A stretch of 64,000 nt of DNA from Phaeosaccion multiseriatum (lineage: Eukaryota; Protista; Ochrophyta, other classes): contig OZ218954.1 of NCBI GenBank assembly GCA_965112735.1, forward strand, positions 930,001 through 994,000, written 5' to 3'. Shown in pieces: positions 16,432-28,884 of the stretch. Position 1 is the stretch's first letter. Every line of letters begins with the position of its first letter. The position numbers were made by a program, and so were the translations under genes. Under the pieces are notes generated by a model. It saw nothing but the letters and a program-made list of their open reading frames with translations, searched no databases and was not told where the DNA came from.

Positions 16432-19357
16432 CACACACCCTCCCGCTGCCTCTCCCTCTCTCTGTCTCTCTCTTCACCTCGTTGTTTGCGGCGCTTCCGT
16501 CGTCCCCTCCTGTCTCGTCGTGGTCGGTCGCACTCTCATAGCCTGAGGACAGAGAGCATGGGCACGAGCAGCAGCAACAAGAGGTAGTGAAGAAGGTGAG
16601 GTTAGATACTTGAGAGCTCCATTTCAGCATTGCAGATACGGCAGGGGCCGCAGCAAGACGTGGAGGAGGAGGAGGAGGAGGAGGTGGAAGAGGAGGAGCA
16701 GGAGGAGGATCAGGAGGAGGAGCAGGAGGAGGATCAGGGGAGGATCAGGGGAGGGAGCAAGAGGAGGACTACGCACTCACGCACTCACGCTTCTCAAGGC
16801 CTTCTCCCTCGAGACTCCACACGCTGATAGACAGCTTGGGCCCCCACCCGCACACCCAATTGTGACTGGGGTGAAACACGAGCCCAGTGTATACGGGTAT
16901 CGGAGGCGGGGCCGCTGGGCCAGCAGCAGCAGTGGAGGCAGCATCCGCAGCACCGCTACTTGTGCCGGATGTCGAGTTGAGCGTCGAGTTTCCTTCGCTC
17001 CAGCCCATGCCCGTCCCCCCTCCATCTGTGCTCCCCATCGTGCTGCCGAAGGCTCCTCCCCCTCCCCCTCCTCCTCCTCCTCCTCCTCCTCCTCCTCCTC
17101 CTCCTCCTCCTCCTCCTCCTGCCCCTCTCGCTCCTCCTCCTGCTGTCGCTGCTGCAGCTGCTGAGCCTGTCGAGCCCCCGGTGCTGTCTAGAAAGTTGCT
17201 GCCCCTGCTCGCTCCAAAGTCAACTATTGAACCCACACCCCCACCCTCACTCCCAAAGCCGGGCGGGGGCAGTCCTGCCCCAGGCGCAGCAGCGGCCGAC
17301 GCCGGAGACACCAGGATAGCAAGAACACGCAAGGAGCCTCGTCTCACCGGGAGACCAAGGACGTCGTCCCTCCTGTTGCTGCTGCTGCTGCTACTGCTGC
17401 TGCTGCTGCTGCTTGCGTGCTTGCCCGATGGGACAGGTGCGGGTGACCGACCCCAGTCCCCGTCTTCACCACCACGCCCTCCTTCTCCTCCTCCGTCTTC
17501 CAAACTCCCCCTGCGGCTGTCAGCCCCGTCTCCTCCCTCCATCGCTCCTCCTCCTCCTGCTCCCCCACCCCCTTCCCATTTGGCCTCCCTCCCTGCTCCT
17601 CCTGGTCCTCCCAAATGCGAGAAGTCAAAGACCGCAATCCTGCCGTCAGAGAAGGCCACAACGAGCCAAGGCTGCGACGGAGAGGCGACCATCGCATGCA
17701 CCGAGATCTTGGAGGAGGAAGAGGAGGAGGAAGAGGATGGGCCTCCGAGGCTTTGGTTGTTGCTGTGGCTGCTGCTCTGACCCCCCCCTCCTGCACCAAG
17801 GCCTTGCACCAGCTGAGCCGCATGGGACACATACACGCCTCGATCTTCCCACGGGTGGAGCTGAAGTGTGTAGATCAGTCCTCGATAGTCGCTGCCACCA
17901 TCTGTGACTCTGCCAAGCCCAGGACTACCAACTTCTCCGGCAGCGGCCCAAGTGCCGCCACTGGTCTTGTTGTTCACTGACGCGAAGACCAGCCCTCCTC
18001 CGTGGTGCGGTGTTTGGGAGCCCGTCATACACCTCACGGTACGCTTGCACTCGATATGGCCGCGGAGCTTGGCGGGTGTCATGTCGACGACAGAGAGGAC
18101 TCCTTGCCTGTGGCAGGGGAAGGAAAGCAACACATTTCAATTTCAGGGTGGCAGGGGAAGGAAAGCAACACATTTCCATTTCAGGGTGCCACACAAGCAC
18201 ACACGCACACACGCGCGCACGCATAGATAGATACAAGCGTGCATATATGCACGCATTTATACACACACACACATATATATATATATATTTATATATTAAT
18301 ATATATATATATGGAGAGAGAGGGATACAGCGAGAGTGAGGGAGGTAGGGAGGAAAGGAGGGAGGGAGCGATGAATGGTGCACACCCAGGTGGGAGACGC
18401 AAGCTAAGCATACGTCAAGGCGGTATGTGCGTGTGTGGGCGGGACTTGCCAAGTGCTTTGTGTAGTGTGTAGAGTAAGCACCCTCCCTCCCTCCCTTTCT
18501 CCTCACCGGTACAGGTAGCGGACGGCGAGGAGCCCCACATCGTTGCCGTCCTGCCCTCCCTCCCCCCCTCCCCCCCCCCCTCCAATAACGACGACGGCGC
18601 TCCTATCCTCTGCTACCGATGCTGTACTGTGCGCCGCGGCTGTGGCTGCTGCTGACTCTCGGGCCGCCTCGGTGGGTAGCCAAGGAGTGGCTGCACGACA
18701 AGCTCCGTTGTACGCGTCGTATTCTACCGCAGAGCTTGCTTCCGACACAATGGTTATGGCTCGAGTCTGGCGCACGAGGGAGGGAGGGGGGCAGGGAAGG
18801 GGGTAGAGAGGGAGAAAGAGAGTGAGGGAGGGAGAGGCAGAAAGACATGAGGGGAGGAGGGAGGGGAGAGGGAGGGAGAAAATGAGAGAGTGACGGAGGT
18901 GGAGGGAGGGGCAGAGAGGAAGACGGAGGAAGAGAACGAGAGGGGTGGAGTAAGAGAGTAAAAGAGACAAGGGAATGGGCTGCAAGCTTTGTAGTGTCGT
19001 CGCTCGTTGGCCAGGGAGTTGTTTCGCGCAAAGAGAAGCACACCCGCGTGAATGCAGAGAAGAACAGAAGGGGGAGAGGGGAGAGCAAGAGAACATTGAA
19101 AAACAAAGCGAGCTAAACCGCGTTCCTCCGCGGGCCGTACCGGGTGGGAGAAGACTTGCCCGGGCTGTTTGCCTCCGGCAGACAGCACGCCAACCTCCCT
19201 CAACGAGAAAGAGGACATTCTCGCACCCCTTCCGTTTCCCTCCCCCTTCTCCCCCCTCCTCCTCCCCCCAGGCTTTCTGTGACTTATCGAAGATGCAAAT
19301 CGTGACCAAACCGAAGCCCAAACTGGTTGACCTAGATTTTCTCTTCACAAGAGTCAT
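5362..19357 (-). CDS. TSET complex TTRAY2/TWD40-2 (tstF)-like WD40/solenoid protein with C-terminal LamG-like domain and long low-complexity tail (~3,600 aa)
   Basis: Phase-consistent exons 18766-18507, 18107-16789, 16542-16478, 16318-12450, 11754-11543, 11162-9516, 8857-8547, 8331-5362; first exon starts at ATG 19357 (its donor is uncertain). WD40-like blades (SPSQPWLVVAFSDGRIAVFD, VFHPSHNWV, VFHPSEAVV). Ordered motifs that I recall from plant TWD40-2: VEYDAYNGAC, EKVLDVVWQ, AVLTNCRVLIV, SIAWLGAAVV, ALFPDRVV, LEPLVTG, ALRLYDLAGDDE. LamG-like motifs: AYWRFSEG, DLSKFGN, TMEMWV, GKWTHVAW, VTEIRVW. Confidence 0.75.
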
Positions 19358-19407
19358 CGGAAGAAGTCTATATAAAAGCGGCGGATCTACGCGTGCAGTA
19401 TCCAAGG
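19358..19407. promoter_or_regulatory. Putative very compact divergent promoter/leader region between the TSET-like gene and the FYVE gene
   Basis: TATATAAAAG at ~19369 lies between the minus-strand ATG at 19357 and a plus-strand donor AAG|GTATGT at 19407/19408. Confidence 0.4.
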
Positions 19408-20107
19408 TATGTATATGCTGTTCTGATGGGTTCTCTGTTCTCTTGTCTGCGCTTTCTCCCGCCCAACTCTGGGTATAGCTCAAAAAGATAGGGGGGGGGG
19501 GGGGGCGTGTAAAGCCCTGGAGATGGCCTGCTGGGTGTGTTCCAATTATCAATGGCAGCCGCCCATCCGCGGCGATTCTTCCCGTGAATCCGTCCATGAC
19601 AGGCTTGTGTCCATATCCCTCCTCGTCTTTCCCTTTCCCTTCTCTCTCCGCTCCGTTCTTTTTGTTCCTCTCGTTCTCTCTCGTTTCTTCTCCAACGCTC
19701 TGTCCTTTCCACGCCCCTCCTGCTTGGGCCATCTCTCTCACGCCCATCTCTTACCTCCTGTCACATCTATTGCATGTGCGTGTCGAGTTTAAATGATCAA
19801 TTGCTATGCTAGGGTGATCCTCTTCTTGCTCGCTTGCTCTCTCTCCCCTCCTTTCTTTCTTTCGCCCAGTCCCTCTCTCTCTTCGCTTCCCTCTTCTCCT
19901 CTCCTTTCTCTTCTTCCACTCCTTCCGCCCATAATTGGTCTTCTCTGCTCTGACGGTCCTTTTCCGCCCCTCATCTCTCTCTTTCTCCCACTTCAAACCC
20001 TAGGTGCTTCTGAACATGTTCAAAGCCTTAATAAGACCTGCACAAAGATACTAGAGAGACATCATTTTACTCTGGCCAGCAGGAGGGACAAGAACAAAGG
20101 GGCAAGG

Positions 20108-23100
20108 ATGATGCAAGCTCAGCGAGCAAGGCCGAAGCAAAGCAATTTCGCATCAGCTGAGGTGTTGCAGCAGCGATTGGCAGCTCGGCAGCAAGTGGCC
20201 GAATCCGAAGCAGCAGCAGCAGTAGCAGCAGCAGCAGCTGGTGATACAGGAGCGGCAGCAGGGCCGGAGAGGAGGTCTGGACAGGGAGGGAGAGAGCCCA
20301 CTTTCTCGTCCCCAGAGGTGTTGCAACAGAGGCGGGAGGCCCGACAAGCGGCCGATGAAGCAGAGGCGGCGAGGGCAGCTGCAGCAGCAGTTGGTGATTC
20401 AGTAGCAGCAGCAACAGTAGAGGCAGTTGCTCTGCCGCAGCACAAGGCGCAGGTGCCAGAAGCCTTCTTTACACGTGCGGAGCTTCTGCAACAGAGACTG
20501 GACGACGCGGAGGCGGCGAAAGCGGCGGCTGAGGCTGAACTGCGGGCTTTGCGAGGAACCGCAGCAGCAGTAGCAGAAGCGCCTGTGGTGCCAGTGGTGG
20601 CCGCAGAGGACGAGCCGTTGCTGATACAGCCGGTGCCAATGCTGTATGCGACGCCGCACGGGACCGGTTGCGTCGACGGTGGATCGAGGTTGCACGCGGC
20701 CGGGAAGGAGGAGCAGAGGCGGCAGCAGCAAGAGAAGGAGGAGCAGCGACTGAAGGAGGAAGCGGAAACGGCGGCGGCGGAGGCGAAGCAGCCCTTGGAG
20801 GGTTTCCAGAGAAGCAGCAGTATCGTCAGCGCCAGCAGCGGGTCTTCCTGCTACCCGAGCTTCCTTCCGCCCGACGATGCCTTGCTGTCACCCCACCAGC
20901 GCTTCATGGAGCATTGTCGCGCCCAGAGAGAGCTTGAGGACGTTGCGGCAGCTTCTGCAGCAGGCATGACTGAAAATAGCCTTTTTGACAGCAACGGGGC
21001 TGGCTGGGGTGCGTATGGTGGTGGTGGTGGTGGTGGTGGTGGTGGTGGTGGTGGTATTTGTGTCAGCCGAAGCGGTGAAGAAGGGAGGGGCAGCAGGCAT
21101 TCGTCCATGGACGCGAGGGAGAGGACCGATGTCACAGGTGGCGAGTACAGCCCCCTGGAGGGAGAGTCGGCCCAGATCATTGGCATGGATATGGGTAAAG
21201 GCCTGATCTCACACCCTTCCGGGGTGGGGGTGGGCAGCAGCAGCAGCATCGGCAGCTGGAGTAGTGCCAACAACGTCACAAATGACCATAGCCATCACCA
21301 TCCAGGCGTGGCGGTGGCGTCAGCGAGACGGCAGCTGCACAACACTATCGGCGTACAGCAGCTCTGTACGGTTGATGACGATGGACATCCCCCGGGGGCA
21401 GCAGAGGATGGAGGATGGGCAACAGCCACGACAGCAGCAGGAGGAGGACGAGGAGGAGGAGGAAGCAGAGGAGGAGGAGGAGGAGGAGGAGGAGGAGGAG
21501 GAGGAGGAGGAGGAGGAGGAGGAGGAGGCGGGATGATAGGTTGTGCTTATCCTTCGTCGACGCCGGCTTCGGTTTCCTCGGCGTCTATGTGCTCGGCATC
21601 TTCTTCGCACGGCGGGGAAGGTGAAGGGGGGGAGGAGAGGAGGGGGAGTGGAAGTGGGAAGAAGAAGGGGCTTAGTAGCATTCTTCCACGGACGAGAAAG
21701 AGGAGCGGGTCTACCTCCTCCGCCGCGTCCAACTCACCCCGTACTTCCTTGGAGAACAACTTACAGCATGCAGCAAGTGCCACGGCGGCAGACGGAGGAG
21801 GTGGAGGGGTAGTAAGGAGACGAACCCTGCAGAGCTGGAAGGTGGGGCAGCTGTGGGACCATACATGGGTTGCCATCGTCAAGAGGATGTCGGGTAGCAG
21901 CGGCAGTGGTGGTGGCGCGAAAGGGAAGATTATGAGCAAGATTACCAAGAACAAGACCAAGGGAGCAGGAGGGATGGCAGTAAATGGAGGAGGGGGAGAA
22001 AGGCTGCTGGATGCGGTACAGGCGACTCTGGGCGAGGGGGAAGTCGCGCTGGGATGTTTCCCCACGAAGGCGGAGGCGCATAGTGCCTGCGAGGCCTTTA
22101 CACCCCCCGTGTGGGAGGAGGAAGACAAGAAGAAGAGTTCCTGTTCGGGTTGTGGTAAAACATCCTTTGGCATGTTCAACCACCGCAAACACCACTGTGT
22201 GAACTGCGGGAAGCTGGTGTGCTTCACCTGCAGTGGGCATCGCTGGCCTACCTCCATGCTCCCCTTCACCTTCCTCAAAGCATCGTCAGAGAAGGAAGGT
22301 AGAGCGACCTCAACAGTTCGTGTTTGCGATGCCTGCCATACCGACCTGGAGTCTTTTCGGGACGCCTTACTGTCCGGTGACGCTCCTCGGGCTATGCTTG
22401 GTGAGTGAGTTGGTGCTTCAAGTTTGTGTCTGTGGGTGGGTTGCTCAGGTTGGTGTGGGTCCCCTGTGAGAACAAGAGGAGAGAGAGAGGGAGAGAGAGA
22501 GAGAGGAGGGAAGGGGAAAGAGAGGGAGAGAGGGAAAGCGAGAGAGAGAGAGAGAGGGGGGGGGGGGGGGAGAGAGAGAGAAAGAGAGGTGTCCGCGGTG
22601 TGCCCCCCCCTCCGCAATGAGAAATGAAGCGAAACGACAGGAAACCGAGCACGCACGCCACCCCTTCTCACGCCCTCCTTCCCGACCCCCCCCCCTTCCA
22701 CACACAGTGTATTCTAAGGGGCGTGTGAACCTGCGCTGTCCTTACACCATCTATGGTAAGATGAAACCGTAAGATGAAACCTCCTTCCACCTCTTCTCTC
22801 TCACTGCCTTTCTCCCTCTCCTCTTGCTTCTAATTGTTTCCTTTTCTTCTCCTGTGTGGGTGGTGTTTTGCTTCTCACGGGCTCTCTTCTTCCCCCTCCC
22901 CCAAATCTCGTTTCCCCTCCCCTCCTCTCCCCTCTTCTCTCCTCCCCTCCCTCCCCCTCCCCCCCGCTCTCCCTCCCTTCCCTTCCCTCCCCTCCCCAGA
23001 GAATGAGCTTCCTGCCCACTGTGCCGTGGCGGGAGGTTCCTTGGAGCTGGTCGTGTGGCTGTTAGAAGATCGTATGGTTCCCATCTACAGTGACCCTGGT

Positions 23101-23664
23101 CGAAGACTGCCATTTGGGAACAGGTGCGGCACCCTTACTGTCTTTCCCCTCCTCCCTCTCCTTCTCCTCCTTCCTCTCCTCGTCTTCATCTCCCCTCTTG
23201 TCTCTTCCTCCTCCTCCTCCTCCTCCTCCTCCTCCTCCTCCTGCAGGAATCGAGAGAGCGTGTTGGCTGTGGCAGCGCGGCATCAACACCTTCACATTGT
23301 CCGCTACCTCATGCAGTCGCAGGGGAGCAAAGTGAACGAGATCTTCAATCTCAACGCCCTCTGGGGCTTCGTCAACACCCTCGTGTTCGGGGAGGCAAGC
23401 AGTAACGGCTCTGCTCATTCCCACATACATGACGGCGGTGGTGCGAGTGGTGCTGCTTCACCGTACCTCCTTCAGCACACCTCCTCTCACCACCGACCCG
23501 CAGCAGCACTGCCGCCACTTCCACCGCCAGAAGCGCCGTCAGCTGCAGCTGCAAGTGCCGCCTGTAGCAGCACCAGCAGCAGAAGCATAAACGGCAACAA
23601 CCCTCACGGCGATTTCCACGCCCAAGCGTCCTACGGCGGGGGCGGTTGCCCCTCCCCCGCAGAC

Positions 23665-23698
<34 letters not shown>

Positions 23699-24138
23699 GA
23701 GGAGGAGGAGGAGGAGGAGGAGGAGGATTACCTCCGTACCGAAGAAGCAGCAGCGCCAGTAGCAACTCGAGCTTCTCTGCCTCTCCCTTACTCAACGGCG
23801 AGGTTCATGCTCAGGCTCCTCTGGTGGCGCACGTGGCTCCTCTTCCTGCTACTCCTGTATCACCAACTGCTGCTGTTGTGTACAGCACCCACCTGCCCGA
23901 GCCCACTGCCCCGCCCCCCGCCTCCGCTGTGTTCGACGGAACGGTGGAGGTTGTGGCGACGGTTGTCGAGCATCAGGTGCGCTGTGTGGTCTGCGGTTTG
24001 AAGGACGTGGATGTGGCGCTCGTGCCGTGCGGTCACCACGCGTGTTGCTCCTCCTGCTCGGCCAACATTGCGCAGTGCCCAGTGTGCGGTCGGGTGGTGG
24101 AGAGTGTGATCAAGGCTGTAGATATGGGCTTTTTTTGA
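20108..24138 (+). CDS. FYVE zinc finger + ankyrin repeats + C-terminal C3HC4 RING protein (putative endosomal E3 ligase)
   Basis: Exons 20108-22400, 22708-22755, 23000-23123, 23247-24138. FYVE: WEEED..CSGC..RKHHCVNCGKLVCFTCS..VRVCDAC. Ankyrin: LPAHCAVAGGSLELVVWLL, SVLAVAARHQHLHIVRYL. RING: CVVC..LVPCGHHACCSSC..CPVC. Probable 5' UTR intron ~19408-20003. Confidence 0.88.
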
Positions 24139-25602
24139 GCTTCGAATTGTGAACATACTCAATCGTATTCTTTTTTTTTATATATGAACTAACTACATTC
24201 ACTCGAAAGTGAAGTAGCAACGAGAAGAGAAGAGAGAGAGACACACATCATTATCTGTACCCTTAAGTACTACTAAGTACCATAGAACAAACACGTTATT
24301 TAACGGTTATTGTTGTACAGTAGTGTGTATATCGAAGAAAAGAACAAAAGAGAGAAAGTGTCAAAAGCTCTGCTTTACATCAACGTCAGCAATACGCCCA
24401 AGCGTTCGATCGGTGCTGAGCCCGCAAGTGTTTGACGTGTGAAGGCACTCATTCACTCACGCCTTCGCCCTCCTTGCCGCCCTTACCCACACGGCGCCTC
24501 AGAACAGGCTTGTGCCCCCTGCTGCGCCAGAGGCTGCTCAGCGCATCTCCTCAGTCACCTCGATCACAGTATCTGAGTGAACGCCCCTCTCGTGCGGTGA
24601 CACCCTAATCATGTCCATAAATCCCCCCCTCCGCTGGCCAAACACGGTGTACAGATAATTTTAATTACTCTATTTTCTCTCTCCTTCGAAAAGAAATGAA
24701 TGATGGGACAGAGATGGATGGATGGATGACGAGTGACTGGCAAAGTGCATGTGCTTCGAGGCCCTTGTGGAGTGAGAGGATGACGCATGCATGTCGATCC
24801 GTCGACGATCAGTCACCATCGATGAAAAAAAAAAAAGTGGCTCGATGTATCGATGTATTGACCCCAGCGTCTGACTTTCCATTTCTCGAACCAAGAGTCT
24901 TAAATTCTACCCTTGAGCGACATTCCTCGCCGTCTAACGGACGAGCTGACATCAACTGCTCACAGCTGGCAGCAGCGGTGAGGAAGAGAGGGGATCTCGG
25001 GTCCAGCAGTCGCTCGAGGGTCGAGGGTCGAGTTCCCCTTTCGAGGTCGACATTCCTTGTCGGGGTCTACATGCATCTCCCGGGGGTGCACTCACTTCTA
25101 TGAATCGACTGGACCGGTCCGTCATTCACTCCACGTATTCGATGATCCGAGCCTCTCCTTTGCTTCGCTTCTTCCTTCCTCACTCCGTTCTCCCTCCCCC
25201 TCCTCTTCCGTTAAGCGCCATCTTCTTAGCTGTGGGCGAGCGCCTCCAAAGGGCGACTACCTGGGGTGTCTGTAGATTCCAACACGCCTACCACCATTCA
25301 GACGCCTCATTCCTCCCCTCCCCGTGTTCGTTCCGGCATCAGTTCCAATCTCCCAATCGAGCGTGCGTCACAACTCGTTGCCTATATACCTACACACGTA
25401 ATCTTACGGATGGTGGATGGACTCTCTCCCTCCTATTGTGCCATACCATTCCTTTACCACCATGCCGCACGAGGGAGGACAACACAACACAACTCGGAGT
25501 CCCATGGCACTGAGTACGTAGGAGGCAAATAAGAAGGAAGGAAGGAAGGAAGGAAGGAAGGAAGGAAGGAAGGAAGGAAGGAAGGAAGGAAGGAATCCCC
25601 TC

Positions 25603-25962
25603 TCACACCTCCGGTCCGGAGGCGGCGGCTGCTGCTCCTGCTGTATCACCAACTGCAGCTGCCGAGGCTTTCTTCTTGCCCCCCCCCCCCTTCCCCTTCT
25701 TCACCACTCCTCCGCGTATGACGCATTTCGTGCCCTGAAGGGCCTCGACAAAGTCCGGCGTGAGCTTGCACACCTATGTGTGTTGGTGGTACAGCAGTTG
25801 GTTGTACAACAGTTGGTTGTACATGAGTTGGTGGTACAGCAGTTGTTGGTACAGCAAGTCGTGGCTGACACACGCACACACACATACACATCTTCACGCA
25901 CACACATATACCCATACCCGAGCACACACAAAAAAATGCACACACACGCACGCACACACACA

Positions 25963-26025
<63 letters not shown>

Positions 26026-28453
26026 GTTTCTTCTCTGCCCGCACATCAAGTTCCCTAAGGTGCTGAAGCTCACTGAGACCGGCAGGGAGGGACTTGAGAG
26101 CCTTACAGCGACGGGCCGACAGCTCTCGAAGGGCTCGCATCCGGTTCACAGTTGGCGGCAGCGTGGACAAGCGATTGTTGTTGTTGAGATACATCTCTTC
26201 CATTTGGGTACAGTGTCCAATCTCCTCGGGGAGGGACCTGTGGTGGTAGTGAGTGTCGTACGTTAGTACGTACGTAAGGTAGTGAAAGTCGCCTGAGTCG
26301 AGAAGGAATTCCTCCATCCATTGCCATCTATGGTAGCCGCCATCCATTGCCATGCGAGACGGCTTTCCCACACCCCTCACCTGAGGTCGTTCCCACTCAG
26401 ACTGAGCTTGCGGATGTGATTCAAACAGCCGAGCTGAGGAGGAACCGCACTAATCTTGTTGCTGTACAAGTAGAGCTCACGGAGAGCTGTGCATGACTCG
26501 AAAACCTCGGCTTGTAGGGTAGAGACTTTGTTGTTGCCGAGATGGAGCAGTTCCAACTGTTGGTATGCACGCGGGTTGGGGGGGAGGGGGAGGGGAGGGA
26601 ACGAGAGGGAAGGGGACGGAGAGGGGGAAGGGAGAGAGGAGGGGGAGAGAGAGGGAGAGGGAGAGAGAGAGGAGAGGAAGACGGAGAGAGAGGGAGGAAC
26701 GGAAAAGGAGAGGAGAAGAAAGGGAGGGAGAGAGGGACGGCAGCTCAGCCGACCACATATGGATGCATGTTGCCACTCAGAGCTGCAGCATATGACACAC
26801 GCACACTACCAACCACCCACCCAGCCCCCTCCCCTCACACACACACGCACACCCACATGTCAACTGACGTACGTCACCATGAAGGCCCATAATCTGAAAT
26901 TGAGACTGCAAACTGAGACTGAGTAACCGTATCAGCAACACCCGACGTACGCTATCTGTAGCGTTCTGACGCACCTTGTTGCACTGGCCGAGCTCGGCGG
27001 GGATAGATGTGATGCAGTTCTGGCGGAGGTCAAGGGTCTTGAGGTGCACGCACGCACCCACCTGCACAATGTCAAGCATGCCCAAAACGAGGAGCAGGTT
27101 AGGGGGGGGGGGGGGCTATCTCACTGACTCACTCACACCCACCCACTCACTCACGCACTCACTCACCTGCTCGGGTAGGCAGATAAGACCATTGTCTCCC
27201 GCCTGCAGCTTCACAAGCTTGCACCACGACCCCATCTCCAGGGGGAGCAGGTTCAGCTTGTTGCCGGTCACGTTTACTTCCTCCACATTCCGCCAGTCGC
27301 CAACCTGTTGATTATGGTGAGAATAGGGAGGGAGGGAGGGAGGGAGGGAGGGAGGGAGAGAGAGAGAATGAATGCGGGTCACACACACGTCCGTACCAAG
27401 CAAGGACACAAACAATCACACACATACACACACGCGCGCACACACACATACACACACATATATATATACAAACGCCCCCCTCTTCGGCTGATTCCTTTAG
27501 TCAATTAAAGTGCCCCCCTCCCACTTACCTGGGGAGGGAGCACGGTGAGGGCGTTTCTCCGGCAGCTGAACACCCTCAGCTCGGTCCAGTTCTCTACTGT
27601 GGCAGGCAATTCTGTAATGGCATTGGTGTCTAAGTTCAACTCCTGAAGATTACGTAGGTCCCCGGCAATGGGGGAGAGGGCTCCATTGATAAAGTTATCG
27701 CTTAGGTTGAGGGTTTGGAGGTTGGTGAGCGCGCGTAGGACAGTAAAGACGTGGTCGCTGTTGAACAGCTGTTCGGAGGGGAAAGGGGAGAAGGAGGGGG
27801 AGAAAAGAGGGGAGGGGAGGGGAGGGGAGGGGAAGGGAGGGGAAGACAAGGGAGGAGAGAAGAAGAGATGAGGGGAGAGGTGGTGCTGCGGGGAAGGGGT
27901 CCCGTCGTAGAGTGATTGGGTAGAGAAGAGGTGGTGTGATGTTGAGTGGGGACAAGTTATTGGAGAGGGGGAAGGGAGGTGGGGAGAAGAGGGACGTATA
28001 GCTGTGGAGGAGAAGAAGCGTAATTATAGTAGCTAATTCCCATCAAGTGCAGAAAGATAATAACAAAGGCAAAAGAAGAGGGGGGCAAGCGACTGTGTCC
28101 CACCCGTCCATTCCATCCCCTCTTTCCATGGTAGGTACCTGGTTTCTGCTGAGATTGACATTGACAAGAGAGAGAAGCTCAGGTCGGTCCAGAATCTCTG
28201 CGGGGAGGAAGTCTTGATTGAGGCATCGGAGGTCAAGCATCTGTGTATCCTTCTCCACGGCGGCCCGTAACCGCACGAACATGACATCTGCACGCATGGA
28301 CTGAGCCTTGCTCTGCCTCTCATAGGCGTCTCCGAGGCGGGGGCACATGCATCTTTCCCGCTCCGCTGCGATCCAGGGCGTAGTCAGGATTTCCTTGACG
28401 GGAGCCTTGGGCCCCTTCCCCTTTTTCCCTCCCTTCTTCCCCTTCTTTGCCAT
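25603..28453 (-). CDS. Leucine-rich repeat protein with Lys-rich termini, 7 exons
   Basis: ATG 28453 (MAKKGKKGGKKGK). About 11 LxxLxLxxNxL repeats across spliced exons (LQTLNLSDNFI, LQELNLDTNAI, LKTLDLRQNCI, LRELYLYSNKI). Last exon 25773-25603 ends ...AAAVGDTAGAAAASGPEV*. Confidence 0.88.
25782..25858. repeat. Tandem array of ~5 degenerate 15-bp units (TTGGTGGTACAGCAG) in the last LRR intron
   Basis: ttggtggtacagcag ttggttgtacaacag ttggttgtacatgag ttggtggtacagcag ttgttggtacagcaa. Confidence 0.9.
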
Positions 28454-28884
28454 TGGTCCCTAGTTTATCTACAGTTTTTCGTGTTCCGTGCTGCGTCTGT
28501 TCCCTTAGACGGCCCTATTTCTGCTGCTAGTATGGTGCCGCCGCTGCCAGCTTCTCCTCCCGGTTGCTCCCGTGGTGCTCTTCCTTTACCCTTCACCACA
28601 ATAGGGTGACCTAGTCTTTTCGTTCCGTTTGCTTCCTTCGACCGCAATCACTGCTCCTTCTGCTGCTGCTACTGCTGCGGCGGCGGCGGCGACTCTTTTC
28701 CTTCCCACCCGACACCTAAAGCTGCAGTCATGCTGTGATGTCCCACGCTCTTCTTTGACGGAGTGAAATTAAGAAGTTGACAGTTACACCCTTCTGTGTG
28801 TCTGTCTGTGAGGCGGAGCACCACCACACGAAGAAAATCATGCTCCCCCCTTGCTCCCCCCCCCCCCCCCCGTTGTGTGTTTTT

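Noticed and set aside
18503-19747. 414-aa minus-strand ORF as a single exon
   Set aside because: It reads through intron and upstream repeats; only ~19357-19270 and 18766-18507 look coding.
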